From positions 2,016,001-2,080,000 of the forward strand of contig OZ250169.1 in NCBI GenBank assembly GCA_965237955.1: a DNA stretch of 64,000 nt. Reading direction: 5' to 3'. The notes under the pieces are model-generated. The model did not search any database. It had not been told where the DNA came from and worked only from the letters and a program-made list of their open reading frames with translations. This DNA comes from Candidatus Marinacidobacterales bacterium. Its GTDB lineage: Bacteria; Acidobacteriota; Vicinamibacteria; Marinacidobacterales; SMYC01. Of this stretch, positions 1 through 12,735 are shown piece after piece. Position 1 is the first letter of the stretch. Each line of letters begins with the position of its first letter. The translations under genes were made by a program, and so were the position numbers.

Positions 1-73
1 GAATACCTGCTTCGTCTTGTCATGACTCCATCCTCTCAAGAGTTGGAGTCTCCGGAAAACCCGGGGCGGTTCA
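1..73 (-). mobile_element. Left end (IRL and start of orfA) of an IS3-family element continuing beyond the window
   Basis: Reverse complement of 5004-5076 (TGAACCGCCCCGGGTTTTCCGGAGACT...ATGACAAGACGAAGCAGG); it truncates the IS5 transposase. Confidence 0.9.
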
Positions 74-598
74 CCCTGCTCTTTGGTGCTCTGCGCAGCT
101 GGCCGGCGTGGACAGCGAGACCGCTGCTGTCGATCAAGATGTGCAACGGCGTCTTCTGCTTGTCTTGGTAGAAGGGGACCTTACCCAGCTTCGCCTTGCG
201 CCTCGAGATCGTGGTGTGATCGGGCACATCATTGTCTAGCTTCATCAGAGCGAACAACGATCGCAGCAATCCCTCGCTCTGCCTAGATGACAGATGAAAC
301 ACCATGCCCAGGGTGACAGCCGTCTCGATGGCGTGGTTCGAGTACTTGCGTTGACGGCCCGGTTTCCTCCTCCTCGGCCGGGGCGCGTCCCAGTTCACAA
401 GCTTGCCGGCGGTGAGCGAGACCCAGACGGTCAGGCTCCCGCGGTTGCGTAGACCCGCCTCATATTCACGCCAATTCCTCACGCGATAGGCCTTCTTCAC
501 ATACTTCCGCTGAGTGCGTTTGAAAATGCTCATGGGGAACCTCGAATCCGCGAGTACAGGACAATTGTGGACCGAGATCGCGAGTTGTGCACCAAGGC
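74..598 (-). pseudogene. IS5-family (IS903 group) transposase, N-terminal half with left IR; truncated by IS3
   Basis: ATG at 533; YRVRNWREYEAGLRNRGSLTVW, PDHTTISRR and IDSSG motifs; IR GCCTTGGTGCACAACTC at ~582-598. Confidence 0.85.
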
Positions 599-996
599 AC
601 CGTATCGATGCCTCGTCCGCCGAGCCCGGAGGCTCTAGCGAAGGCGCTACGGCACAGACCGCCGAAGCCAGCAAAAAAGCGTGCTTAGTCAAGTCTGTAA
701 TCCCCTTTTTCAACGCACTCCGTGTTCCCCAGGAGGCCGAGACAAGGGGAATCACAGGAAAAGCCTGAAAAAAATACTCTGACAGAATTTCTGATATCCT
801 GTATTCGCTGTTCATTCGCCATAGTAGCCTATGCGCAAGCCGGCCAAGCTGGAGTGTCTCTACGTTGATTTCGACGGTTTTTTGCGTCCTGTGAGGAGGG
901 GGCGGACCCACCGTGAAGTGGTGGCGTCTCCATTAATGATAAACTTGGGAGGACAGCGTCGGTGATCTGCTTCGGTGCAGGGGGTACAAGGAGATT

Positions 997-1876
997 TTGA
1001 TGGTTCGACGACATAGTCAGATCGGAGTGAGCGGGATGTTGATGTCGGCATTGCTGGTCACGGCGTGTGGCGACAACAACAGTCCCACCGCAGTCAACCC
1101 GGAGAGTCTCGAGTTGTCGTTCAACGGACTCCAGAGTCTGGGTTCTGGTTTCGTCTACGAGGGCTGGGTCATGGTGAACGGCAATCCCGTTTCGACGGGC
1201 AAGTTCAGCGTCGGTGCCGATGGCAACTTGAGTAGGCAACGGTTTGTTGTCGTGGATGGGCTTTCGTCGACGACGAAGTTCATCCTAACCATCGAGCCGG
1301 TACCAGATTTCGATCCGGCACCGTCGGCGACGAAGTATCTCGCCGGTGACTTCTCTGGAAACAGAGCGGCGCTTTCTGTGGCGGACGGTGTAGCGCTGGG
1401 GACAAACTTCGCTTCTGCGTCCGGGAGCTTCATCCTGGAGACACCCTCAACTGCCGCTGTGGCGCGTGATTACGCGTCCGGCATCTGGTGGCTCGACCCT
1501 GGCGGTCCGAGCGCGTCGCTGGTGCTCCCGGCGTTGCCAGCCGGCTGGCTTTACGAGGGCTGGGTGGTCGGCCCCGAAGGACCAGTGTCAACGGGCCGAT
1601 TCGCTCAGGTAATGGGTGCCGACTCGGACGCGGGCGGACCGGCGGCGGGCCCGGATGGCATGCCGCCCTTCCCAGGGCAGGAGTTCATCACGCCGCTGGT
1701 CTCGCTGATCGGCTACCAAGCTGTCGTGTCGATCGAACCGGAGCCGTCCGACAGTCCTGGCCCCTTCACGCTGAAGCCGCTCGTGGATACGAACATTGAA
1801 GATGTTGGACCGGCCGTCCTCCAAGCCCATGGCCAACAGCGTGAGCATGTTCCCGACAGGGACCGCGACCCGCTGA
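997..1876 (+). CDS. Lipoprotein with duplicated YEGW...PVSTGxF module (anti-sigma/RskA-like annotation); probable frameshift near 1825
   Basis: Lipobox-like LVTAC; two YEGW motifs; a plausible C-terminus (PMANNVSMFPTGTATR*) lies in another frame ending at TGA 1874-1876. Confidence 0.6.
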
Positions 1877-2055
1877 CCCGCGTGTCGCGCCGGTCAGCCA
1901 GCCAAGGGCTGCGATCGACCTCGCGGTGGCCATTGGAGAAAGAACGCCTACCTCGTAGAAGTGATGGCCAGGTCGAGCGGGAACGGCAGCGAAGTGAATG
2001 GAGTATAATTGGTGGCTCGATGGGAAAGCATAGCCCATCTCCGGAGTGTTGATCT

Positions 2056-3186
2056 TTGCTCAAGCGCGCGGCACGGACGTTAAAGAACCAGGCAACCCGC
2101 ACGGTTCGGCGTTACCGTACCAATCGAATCGTCAAGCAGGGCGACGGCCGAGCTCCCGAAGTTCCCCACTTCATGGTTTACGAGCCGACGCTGCTCTGCA
2201 ATCTCCACTGCAGCTTTTGCTACGTCGCGGACATCCTCAATCCTTCGGATTGGCGGTCCCGCGAGCTCAGCCTGGAGGAGCTCGACGGCATTTTCTTCGA
2301 AAACGGACTGAAGGCCGTCAACATCACCGGCGGCGAGCCGTTTGTACGCAAGAACCTCCTTTCGATATTCGAGCTGTTGCAAAAAAAGGGGATGCACTGC
2401 GATTACATCACCACCAACGCAACGATGTTGACCGAGGAGAAGGTACAATCTCTGGGGGCACTGGCGGCGTCGGGTTTCCTGCGGCATATCAGCGTTTCCA
2501 TCGACGGCCCGGAGGAGTTCCACGACGAGGTGCGCGGGCTGAAGGGAGCCTTCCAGAAAACCACCACCAACATCAAACGCCTTCGCAAGGCGTTTCGCGA
2601 AAATGGCGTCCCGCCCCGTATCTCGGTAAACACCACGCTCAATCAGGGCAATGTCCATCTCTTCCCCCGGATCATCGACGCGGTCGCCGAGTTAGGGGTG
2701 ACGCTCATCGGCGTCAATCACCTGATGTTTGCCACTCACCAGGAGATAAACGACACACTGGCCATACTCGGCGAGACCGATCCGGAGCTCATCAGCACTC
2801 TGGTCACCGATGACCCGGGGATCGAGCCTCGGGCCGTGCCCAAAGTGCTCGAAGAAGCAGTGGCCTACGGCAAGAGCAAGGGAGTGACCATCAACTGGCG
2901 GCCGGCCCAGTCATTTTCCGCCATGGAGAACTACTACACTCCCAACTACCCGCTCAAAGGCCAGTGCTTTTATCCGTTTTTTGGCGGGAGGATCACCTAC
3001 GACGGCAAGGTCCAATTCTGTCCGTTCATTCGCACCGAGATGGGCGATCTGCGCAAGCAGAGCCTCGCCGAGATCTGGAACGGACCGAAGTTCGTGGACT
3101 ACCGGAAGAAGCTTCTCGATCACGGCATCTTCCCCGCTTGCCGTCGATGTTGTAAAGTCGAGCTCACTCCTATCTCGGTGGACTGA
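2056..3186 (+). CDS. Radical SAM protein with C-terminal SPASM/twitch domain
   Basis: CNLHCSFC (CxxxCxxC), ITGGEP, SIDG; C-terminal CFYP...FCP...CRRCC. Confidence 0.9.
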   Translation: MLKRAARTLKNQATRTVRRYRTNRIVKQGDGRAPEVPHFMVYEPTLLCNLHCSFCYVADILNPSDWRSRELSLEELDGIFFENGLKAVNITGGEPFVRKNLLSIFELLQKKGMHCDYITTNATMLTEEKVQSLGALAASGFLRHISVSIDGPEEFHDEVRGLKGAFQKTTTNIKRLRKAFRENGVPPRISVNTTLNQGNVHLFPRIIDAVAELGVTLIGVNHLMFATHQEINDTLAILGETDPELISTLVTDDPGIEPRAVPKVLEEAVAYGKSKGVTINWRPAQSFSAMENYYTPNYPLKGQCFYPFFGGRITYDGKVQFCPFIRTEMGDLRKQSLAEIWNGPKFVDYRKKLLDHGIFPACRRCCKVELTPISVD

Positions 3187-3198
3187 GGCTCGGAGCCA

Positions 3199-3643
3199 AT
3201 GCTCTGGGCAGTGCCCGCCAAGAGCCCCGTCGCGCCAAGGGCGCTCGCCGTACTTGCTTTTTTTCTGCTCCTGACGCTCTATCTCACCTGGCCACTGCCA
3301 CTGCGCATGGGAAGCGGGCTGAGCACCAACCCCGACTCGCTGCTGAACTTCTGGGCCATGGCCTGGAGCTATCACATCCTCCCGCTCCAGCCGCTCTCCC
3401 TGTTCGACGCAAACATTTTTTTCCCGCGTCCGGATACTCTGGCGTATTCGGAGCATCTGTTCGGTATTACCCTGCTCGCGGCCGCCCGTCTGGTGGCTGA
3501 GTGGCAGCCCGCTGATTGCCTATAATTTCGCCATCGGCCGCATCGTTTTTCTTCTCCGGGCTGGGCATGTATTGCCTGGTGCGAGAGTTGACCGGCAGCC
3601 GCTGGGGCGGCATGGCCGCAGGCATCGTCTACGCCGCCGCCCC
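3199..3643 (+). pseudogene. N-terminal fragment of a multi-TM GT-C/YfhO-like membrane protein; frameshifted and cut at a type-B end
   Basis: TWPL...[11 protein letters not shown]...[17 protein letters not shown]; ends exactly at CGTCGTGTCC (3644). Confidence 0.65.
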
Positions 3644-3720
3644 CGTCGTGTCCAAAAACTCGAACGGTGCCGAGAAGCTAGAATCCTAGAGGCGTTCTCG
3701 AAGTCCGCAAAAATTTTCTG
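3644..3720 (+). repeat. Type-B2 rve-element terminal repeat (tip at 3644, facing left)
   Basis: CGTCGTGTCCAAAAACTCGAACGGTGCCGAG...GAGGCGTTCTCGA; homologous to 16586, 27885, 37451, 38816, 48252. Confidence 0.8.
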
Positions 3721-3735
3721 CGGGCGCCGGGCTGG

Positions 3736-4025
3736 TGACCGCGTAGTCTTCTCCGCTGCGTTTAGACGGCTTGCTCACAAGACACAGGTACACCCTCTAT
3801 CGGACAACGATCACGTTCATACGAGGCTGACTCATAGTATCGAGGTTGCATCGGTTGGCAGGTCTATGGGTACGATCATTGGATCGCCGATCGCGGTTAG
3901 ACTGGGCAATCCCCAGATTACCCCCGATACGTTCGGGTACATCGTGCAAGCAGCCTGTCTCGCCCACGACATCGGCAACCCTCCATTCGGCCATGGTGGG
4001 GAAGATACAATAGGCGGATGGTTTA
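3736..4025 (+). pseudogene. dgt: Internal fragment of an HD-superfamily dGTP triphosphohydrolase
   Basis: [45 protein letters not shown]. Confidence 0.9.
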
Positions 4026-4427
4026 ATGTCCCTCTCGGGGATGGGTGAAATCCCTCGCCTTTAGGCGAAGCCTTCAGGGGGCTTGCGGTACGATGTATGG
4101 ATGCAAGGTTATCGTAAATCATCGCACACGACGTATTTACTGCATTATCACTTTGTATTCATCCCGAAGTACCGCAAGCCGATATTGCGAGGAGATGTAG
4201 CAATTCGAGTTCGGGAGCTGGTAAGGGAGATCTGTCGGACGAACAACATAGAGATCCTGAAGGGACATGTGCGTCCGGAGCACGTGCACCTGTTGTTGAG
4301 CGTGCCGCCGCACCTGGGGCCGAGCCGAGTGATGCAGGCGATCAAGGGGAAGACCTCGCACCATTTGCTGAGAGATTTTCGGGCGCTGAGAAAGCAGTTC
4401 TGGGGCCGGCACCTATGGGCTCGAGGG
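4026..4427 (+). mobile_element. tnpA: IS200/IS605-family left end and Y1 HUH transposase, 3'-truncated
   Basis: Hairpin TCGCCTTTAGGCGA; ATG 4101; YHFVFIPKYR, EHVHLL (HUH), KGKTS, FWGRHLWARG, then unrelated sequence before the catalytic Tyr. Confidence 0.85.
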
Positions 4428-5053
4428 AACAAATCGCTCACACCGAAAAATCTGTGGGCGTTCGCCGCTGGACGCGGCGCGCAAGAAAAAACGCTCGCCG
4501 AGCTGCGCGGTCAGTTCGCACTCGACGTCGTACCCACCAACGACTATGCCGCCAACAACGCTTGGCAGCAATTGAAACATCCTCGCTCACAATCTCTGTC
4601 GAGGATTTCAACTGGATACTATCGCCGAGAACAAGCCGCCCTCACCAAAACGGACCTCCATGTACGTTCTACACAGCGTGAGAACGTTGCGGTTTCTCAT
4701 TATTTCCAAAGCGGGACGACTCGTTCGTATCGGGGGCCGCAACGTCCTCCGAATGTCCAGAAACTCGGACACTCAGCGGCTATTTGAAGATCTCGAACTT
4801 GCCTTGGCGTCTTAGATTTATTTGCGATTAAGGTTAAATTACGGCCAAAATAGCGCTCACGACCTTCGCTGCGCGCTAAATGAAGCGTAAGCGCCTTTTT
4901 TGCAAAGGGATGCGTACACATCACCAACAGCAAACAGCGCAAGCACCATTTTGTCAGTAACCAGCTCAAGTTGACAGTACCCTTATAACCATTTGTTTCA
5001 ATCTGAACCGCCCCGGGTTTTCCGGAGACTCCAACTCTTGAGAGGATGGAGTC

Positions 5054-6285
<1,232 letters not shown>

Positions 6286-6316
6286 AACAGTCTCCGGAAA
6301 ACCCGGGGCGGTTCAA

Positions 6317-7501
6317 TCAGTTGGATCGTTGAACGGCTTTCAATAGATGCTCTAACCGTTCGGCTCGGTGCTCCCACGCAAAGCCATTAGCGTCCTGGAA
6401 AGAATTTTCAGCAATTCGAGTTGCCAACGAAAGGTCATCTACAACACGATTTATGCCGTCAGCGAGCGCGTCTGCATCTGACGGAGTCACAAGAACTGCA
6501 TTACGCCCATCCTCAAGAACTTCACGCGTGGCCTGTAAGTCAGACGCAACAATTGGCTTTCCTGCAGCAAGATACTCAAATAGTTTGAGAGGCGAAGTAT
6601 AGCGATCTGCAGATTCAGTCGACGTGGTCGGAAGGACCAACACATCAGCAGTCCCTAACCTCGTCTGTACATCAGCCACCGAAATCATCCCAACAAAGTC
6701 CACCCGATCACTAATGCCAAGAGACCGTGCTAAATTCTGCAGTCGGAGACGGTCCCCCTCTTCAGGATGGCCACCGACAATAACTGTTCGAACCTTTGGT
6801 AAACGGGTAACGGCACGGAGTAATACCTCGACGCCCTTCCATGGATACAGATGTCCCGCGTATAGGACGACCGGCGACTCAAGCCAACTCGGTGGTGTAA
6901 ATCGCCTATTTGACGAAAGGCGAACACCGTTCGGGATAGTAATAATGTCATCTCTCCGACCAAAACGCGTCTCGAGCTCACTTGCGAGAGTTCTTGTCGT
7001 GGTCACATAACCATCCGCAAGCTTCCATACTCGCTTTTCACGCCTAAAAAGACGGTCCTTTTGGGGCGGCCTTGCACGGCGCCCCCCAGACACGAGTTCG
7101 TCCATTGTCGCGGCAAACACCGGAGCAAATCCGTGAGACTCAAACACAATTGGTGGACGCAGCCACCGCGGCAGGTCCAAAAGTAAGGAAGCGATGCCAA
7201 GATCACGAGTCAGAATTACGTCGGACCGATGGCATACCGAACGTTCGACAGCGAACGCGAAATAGAGGGCCCGACGGACTGCCGGTGGACCGACAACACG
7301 TAGACGGTCAATGGTCAGTGTTGAAAGAGCTTTTAACCCGTAAAACTTGAGCGGGTCCCGTGAGGGTCGTGCAGTATCCGAACGCACGCCCAGAAAGACT
7401 TGGTGCCCACGCGCGGCGAGAGCGTGACACGTTTCCATCGTTTGTACGCCATTGGCTCGCTCAAGTGGAAATCGGATGTCCGAGAAATAGCGAATTCGCA
7501 C
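6317..7501 (-). CDS. Glycosyltransferase family 4 (GT-B)
   Basis: YAGHLYPWKGVEVLL, SPLKLFEYLAAGKPIVASD; lower GC than neighbours; IS3 inserted at its stop codon. Confidence 0.9.
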   Translation of the reverse strand: MRIRYFSDIRFPLERANGVQTMETCHALAARGHQVFLGVRSDTARPSRDPLKFYGLKALSTLTIDRLRVVGPPAVRRALYFAFAVERSVCHRSDVILTRDLGIASLLLDLPRWLRPPIVFESHGFAPVFAATMDELVSGGRRARPPQKDRLFRREKRVWKLADGYVTTTRTLASELETRFGRRDDIITIPNGVRLSSNRRFTPPSWLESPVVLYAGHLYPWKGVEVLLRAVTRLPKVRTVIVGGHPEEGDRLRLQNLARSLGISDRVDFVGMISVADVQTRLGTADVLVLPTTSTESADRYTSPLKLFEYLAAGKPIVASDLQATREVLEDGRNAVLVTPSDADALADGINRVVDDLSLATRIAENSFQDANGFAWEHRAERLEHLLKAVQRSN

Positions 7502-7589
7502 GTCAAGTCACTGGCTTCCGCTCGGACGCGCCCTGTCGGGCGGGCGGCTTTGCGTTGGTCATTTCGATGACACGGGTGCTTCCGCAATT

Positions 7590-8092
7590 AGCGGCTGCCA
7601 CGAGAGGAAATCCCGCAAAAGGCGTTCGACGGCCTGCGCGTCCTGGAGCGTGGCGGCGTTGCTAGCGTCAGCAGCAACATCACCCGACAGCCGGACGACT
7701 CGGTCACAGAGCTGACCATCTCGGTAGAGTGCCCATTCATTGCCGTCGGTGTAGAGAATGTTTGGGATGGCCGAGAAACGCTTGAATTGTTTGCGATTGT
7801 GACCCTTGAACCGACTGGCGGTGGCGCCAACCCCGGGTGCCTTGAGTTCGGCGTATCCGGCGAGCAGTTGGTTGAGATGAACGGCGTAATCAGGTCGCCC
7901 GATGCGCCCAGGCAGGAGCGTCTCACCCGTGCAAACAATATTCCAATTCAACGCCTCAGCGACAGCGTCCATAAAAGCCTCGAACGGGCCACGCATCTGA
8001 TCTTCTTGTGCGCCAGCGATGACCTGCGTACTTTTGGTTGTTACGGCGTTGGCGAAGGCTTGCAGAGCCACGTGGAAGCAAGTCAGATCCAT
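7590..8092 (-). pseudogene. N-terminal nuclease fragment of a type ISP/IIG restriction-modification enzyme
   Basis: EDQMRGPF, GRPDYAV...GYAELKAPG (PD-ExK), NILYTDGNEWALYRDG; ends abruptly. Confidence 0.7.
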
Positions 8093-8449
8093 ATCATCTC
8101 GACTATTGTCGATCCTTGTCCTCTTTGGCAATTCGCAATATGAGATTGTCTCAGGCGAGGCCCGAGGCATCAGCGAGCTCGGCTGGCATCCCGCCGGCCG
8201 CCGTGATCGCGTTCCTAACAGCCCGTGGAAGAAGTCTGTTCGCTGAGCCGGCCTGTTTCAGGCAGCTTGGCGATGAGCGATTGAGTTGACGAGCGCCGCC
8301 GGTGTCCCTTTGGACCCTGGCTCGCTCTTGCGACTGTTTTCGAATATCCGGCCTATTGTTCTGAACGCCAGGGCTGCCCCTAGGCGGTCGTGGAGATCCT
8401 CGCCCATTCGAACGAGGTGACACCAATGCCCTGGGAGGGTGACGTTGTG

Positions 8450-8875
8450 GCCGGCGATTCGGGTTCCCCGTACGCGCAGGGAAACACCGTCCAGAAACGG
8501 GATGCCACGCTCTCTGGGGGAAGACCTGGATCCAGGTCCTGGGCAAAGATGGACATCAAGGAGGCCCGGGCCGCACCTGGATCAGAACGCGCTAGTCCCC
8601 TGGATCTTTGATTACTATACAAAGTTAGGCTTTTCGCCAGCCCATAATATTCATAAGATTCATGCACTTAGAAGGGTTTCGGCAAGCTCTGCTTTATCTA
8701 GTTTGTTCTGATACATGGGACTAGCCCGCTGCGCCGCGGTAGCCCCGGCCCCGATTCTGGGCCTCTCGGGTGGCCTCTTTTCCCGCCGCCCGCATGGCCC
8801 GGTCAGCGCCCGCTCCCCTATTTGGGGCAAACGTGTCCCTCGGAAATCGAGATTAGAGACGAAAACGAATATGAG
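8450..8875 (+). repeat. Long non-coding repeat D, copy 1, left part (continues at 12369-12735 after IS21)
   Basis: GGCGATTCGGGTT...CGGGATGCCACGCTC...GATTCTGGGCCTCTCGGGTGGCCTCTTTT...GATTAGAGACGAA, shared with 25986, 34333, 42435, 59329. Confidence 0.85.
8592..8724. mobile_element. ~130-bp MITE (IS630-like, CTAG/TA target), copy 1
   Basis: CTAGTCCCCTGGATC...GATACATGGGACTAG; the empty CTAG site is visible in other D copies (~26202, 42651); near-identical to 18402-18533. Confidence 0.85.
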
Positions 8876-9024
8876 TGTTAGCGGCGGGCGTAAATTGCAC
8901 ACTTATGGCGGGCGAAAATTGCACACTCGGCCATCCGTAAAAGGAGGCCGTTGTCGTGTGTCTGGAGTGCCAGACATGACGGCGCGCCTTCAATCAGAAT
9001 GGCGTTTCCGGAGTGGAGGCGCCG

Positions 9025-10068
9025 ATGTACGGAAGGGAGAAACGAGTGTTACTACGAGAGTATTTGGAGCAGGGAATCAAGAAGGCGGCGCTAGCAGACA
9101 AGCTAGGAATCAGCCGCCGAACGGTCCACCACTGGATAAAGACGGGTCAACTGGACCGAGAGTTGGACGAGGAAACGGTGCGCTACAAGAAGCGTCCGCG
9201 GATCGAGCGCAGGATCGACCCGTACCGGGAGATCCTTCATTCGCGCCTGCACGAGTTCCCGGAGCTGAGTTCAGTACGCCTGCATGATGAGATCCGTGCC
9301 GCGGGCTATGAAGGCGGCTACACGCAGGTCAAGGAGTACGTGCGGCAGATTCGCCCACAGCCACCGGCGGAGCCGCTGGTGCGTTTCGAGACCCCACCAG
9401 GCCACCAAGCTCAGGTCGATTTTGCACACTTTCGTTTGCCATGGGGTCGTCGGTGGGCACTTCTCGTGGTGCTCGGATACTCGAGGCTGCTATGGCTTCG
9501 GTTTTTCAAGCGACAGGACATGCGGACGTTGTTCGCGGGGCTTGAGCAGGCCTTCCTATTTTTTGGAGGAGTTCCCAAAGAGCTCCTTTTTGACCAGATG
9601 CGTTCGGTCATCGTCGAGGATCACCGCCGGGAAGGTGGCCCTCTCGTTGAGAACCCAGAGTTCGTCCGCTTCGCCCACCACTGGGAGTTTCGAACAAGAG
9701 CGTGTCGCCCGTATCGGGCGAAGACCAAGGGCAAAGTGGAAAGGCCAATCCGCTATGTGAGAGGAAGCTTCTTCTACGGTCGCCACTTTATCAACGATGA
9801 CGACCTCGATGCTCAGCTCGAGCGTTGGCTGAGTGACGTCGCCAACGTCCGACTCCATCGCACAACCAACGAACGACCGATAGAACGATTCGCGCGCGAT
9901 GAAAGGGCCACTCTGAGACCGCTCGTTGAGCGGCCATATCGCTCTCTTGTACTGCCAAACCAACCCGCGAGAAGAACTCCAAAAGCCTGCTTAACCACAC
10001 TGCCTTCGATGGATGTCGAGCATCGTCCCCTCGAAGTCTACACGCGGCTCGTTGGAGGTGGACAATGA
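9025..10068 (+). CDS. istA: IS21 transposase IstA
   Basis: RFETPPGHQAQVDF, LFDQM, CRPYRAKTKGKVERPI. Confidence 0.92.
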   Translation: MYGREKRVLLREYLEQGIKKAALADKLGISRRTVHHWIKTGQLDRELDEETVRYKKRPRIERRIDPYREILHSRLHEFPELSSVRLHDEIRAAGYEGGYTQVKEYVRQIRPQPPAEPLVRFETPPGHQAQVDFAHFRLPWGRRWALLVVLGYSRLLWLRFFKRQDMRTLFAGLEQAFLFFGGVPKELLFDQMRSVIVEDHRREGGPLVENPEFVRFAHHWEFRTRACRPYRAKTKGKVERPIRYVRGSFFYGRHFINDDDLDAQLERWLSDVANVRLHRTTNERPIERFARDERATLRPLVERPYRSLVLPNQPARRTPKACLTTLPSMDVEHRPLEVYTRLVGGGQ

Positions 10069-12296
10069 AGGCGAGCACAATATCGCGACGTGAGCAGATC
10101 CGTACGATGCTGGCCGACCTAAAGATGCCTGGCGCGCTCGAAGCTGTCGACCGCGTACTATCTGATGCCGATGGCGGTGCGGTCACAACGGCGGAGGCCA
10201 TCGAGAACCTTCTTGGAGCGCAGATCACGTTGAGAAACAACCGTCGTCTCCAAGCGGCGATGCGCTCCTCACGACTCCCCGCGGTCAAAACAATCGATGA
10301 GTTCCGATTTTTCGTTCCAGCCATCGATCAAACGCGAGCAGATTGAGAACCTTCACGAGCTCGGGTTCGTTGAACGTAAGGAGAACGTCGTCTTATTGGG
10401 ACCTCCTGGTGTGGGCAAAACTCATCTCGCGATTAGTCTTGCCATCGCCGCTGCCCAGAATGGACGGCGCGTCTATTACGGCACCCTGGCTGAGCTCATC
10501 ACCTCCCTCGAAGAGGCTCGTGACGCGGGCCGCCTCACTCGTCGACTCGCGGTTCTCAGTTATCCGTCACTGCTTGTTGTCGATGAAATCGGATACCTAC
10601 CCGTCACCCAGACCGGCGCGGTGCTTTTTTTCCAGCTCATAAGTAGGCGATACGAGCGCGCTTCGACCGTGCTCACCTCTAACAAAAGTGGGTCTACGCG
10701 GGTTCGTGTGGGTTGAAAACGGCATTTCTGGGTAATGGCGGAAGGAATGCCGCCACGATCTTCAGCTTGAGATATCCCTCGTCACGATAGCCGTAGGCGC
10801 GTCGTTGCAGAACACGGATTTTGTTGTTGACCCCTTCAACCAGTCCGAGACTGACTTTGTTCTCAGGATGACAGTAGGAGGCGATACCATCCCAATGGGA
10901 CTCAATCATTCCGGCGAACTTCTGGTAGGGATGCAGGCGCTGCCATTTGAGGCTGTCTTTCCAACGTGTGAAAAAGGCGCGAGCCCCGCGTTCGGTGCGG
11001 TAATCCCAGAGTTGCCCGAAGGCCTCCTTCAAAACATAGGCGGTGTTCAGGCGCCGGTTGGCCTGGAGCAACTTCTTGAGTGCGCGGCGACCGTCCAGGC
11101 TCAGGTTCTCCCGCCGGGAAAGCAACGTGTAACGCTGCCCCTTGATATACGACCGGTCCTCGCCGCTGAGGCGTTTGTACTCACGGCGCCGGACCTCATC
11201 GAGAGCCTTTGACAGGTGACGCATGATATGAAACTTGTCGAAGATGATCCGCGCATTGGGTGCGTTGTTAATCACCGAGTTCCGGAAGGGCTTCCACATA
11301 TCCATGGCGGCCAGCTTGATACGGGCGCTTTTCTTCCCGCCCAGCGCCTTGAAGAACAAATCGATGTCGGTTTCTTTGCGACCCTCACCGCCCACCCAGA
11401 TGGGACGCGCCCGCTCCAGGTCGCTGACAATGACACGATAGTTATGTCCCTTGCGGATGGAGATCTCATCGAACCGATGGCCCGAGGCGCCGGCAGCCCC
11501 GCCCGCTCGACTTGCTCTTGCATGTAGAGCTTATCCAGGTCCTTCACCGTAGTGTGGTGCAGACGTTCCATCTCGGCCACCGCCTTGTTCGGCATATCCC
11601 GGCACAGCTTGCCCACATGCGTCGCAAAGCGCTGGGTGTAGCGCGGGTTGTTCGCCAGCCAGTCCAAGTGTTCTACATGCACACCACCGCACCCACGACA
11701 GTTGACGCGCCAACGCTCGTATTCCAGATAGATCCGCCAGCCTGCCAACGACAGGTCGCGGACCCGGCACACTTGCTTGTCATAGCGCCCCCGGCACCGA
11801 TGCCCACAGTACGAGCACACGGCTGTTTTTTTCGCCTCTTGAGCTGGATGACGCGGGCGTATCGGTCACCGAATACACCGTTCAATCGGGCGCCAGCCAC
11901 GAAACCTGGTAGCGCAAAAAGCGAGCGGATCGACTGGGGATTTTTCACTCGGTTAGCCTATCCTAAAAACGGATCACTTCTCAGCACCTGATGAAGTGCT
12001 GAATACCTTTTCCACACAATGAGTTACACTATTTCTCCGTCAGCATTCGCCCACAGATTTCCGCGTAGACCCACAAAAGTTTCGAGGAATGGGGCGAGAT
12101 CCTTGGCGACGAAGTCATGGCCGCCGCTCTCATCGACCGCATTCTGCACCACTGCCACCTCGTCAACATCCGAGGAAACAGTTACCGCATGAGAGAGCAC
12201 TCCGAACTGTGGCGAGCGCTCCATCCGGCGGGTTCGGACGAACCTCACCCGCCGGCTAAATCTCATAGGAAATACACGGAGGCGACGGCGTCATAG
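10065..12296 (+). pseudogene. istB: IS21 helper ATPase IstB; +1 frameshift near 10305 and split by ISL3
   Basis: GPPGVGKT, LLVVDEIGY, TSNKS|FEEWGEILGDEVMAAALIDRILHH resuming at 12081. Confidence 0.9.
10690..12072 (-). mobile_element. ISL3-family IS; transposase 11948 to 10694 in three frames
   Basis: IRs GGGTCTACGCGG / CCGCGTAGACCC; 8-bp duplication ACAAAAGT (10682-10689 / 12073-12080); Zn finger CSYCG..CRGCG; AMDMW, FDKFH, VEGVNNKIRVLQRRAYGYRD; A7 run at ~11825-11832 may be a programmed slip. Confidence 0.93.
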
Positions 12297-12368
12297 GGTT
12301 CGCCACCCATGGCTCGGGTGTGCAATTTTCATCCGCCATGAATGCGCAGTTTTCGGCCGGCGTTGACA

Positions 12369-12735
12369 ATGAGACCCTTTCAGCCCTTTTTAGCGCGTCT
12401 CTGGTGACACCTGTTCCTGCAAAACCCCGCAAACCGCGCGGAAAATCTCACCCGTCTCTGCAGTGCCGCAATTGGCCGGACTGGTTGGCGGATGGTGAAG
12501 TCCGGAGCTATCCGGTCTCGGCTGGAAACCCCGAAGCACAGGTCGGAACCTACGTCCTGGCCCATACGGGGGGTTTTGCGAGTTTTGCGAGTCATATCGC
12601 CCTTTTCGCCATGCGCGTGTTGGGGCAATGTAGCGAATACTCAGAGAAGCCGTGGTGTCCACATCATTTTATCCTCTTTTTCTACAGTGATTTAACGGCT
12701 GCCTTCACGTGCTCGGTCCCCGCACACCTCATGGA
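12369..12735 (+). repeat. Repeat D, copy 1, right part
   Basis: CTAGCGCGTCTCTGGTG...AAACCCCG...GACTGGTTGGCGGATGGTG...CTACAGTGATTTAACGG...GGTCCCCGCAC. Confidence 0.85.

Larger units (their letters stand above)
8876..12368 (+). mobile_element. IS21-family element (copy a1), interrupted by ISL3
   Basis: TGTTAGCGGC...CGGCGTTGACA ends; 5-bp target duplication ATGAG (8871-8875 / 12369-12373). Confidence 0.95.

Noticed and set aside
4083-4787. Full IS200/IS605 element with TnpB or IscB
   Set aside because: TnpA is cut after LWARG and followed by unrelated sequence. No RuvC/Zn-finger ORF or right end is seen.
8213-8400. Possible IS5/IS1182-like end (GACTTCTTCCACGGGCTGTTAG on minus)
   Set aside because: Single copy with no transposase attached; not enough support for a call.
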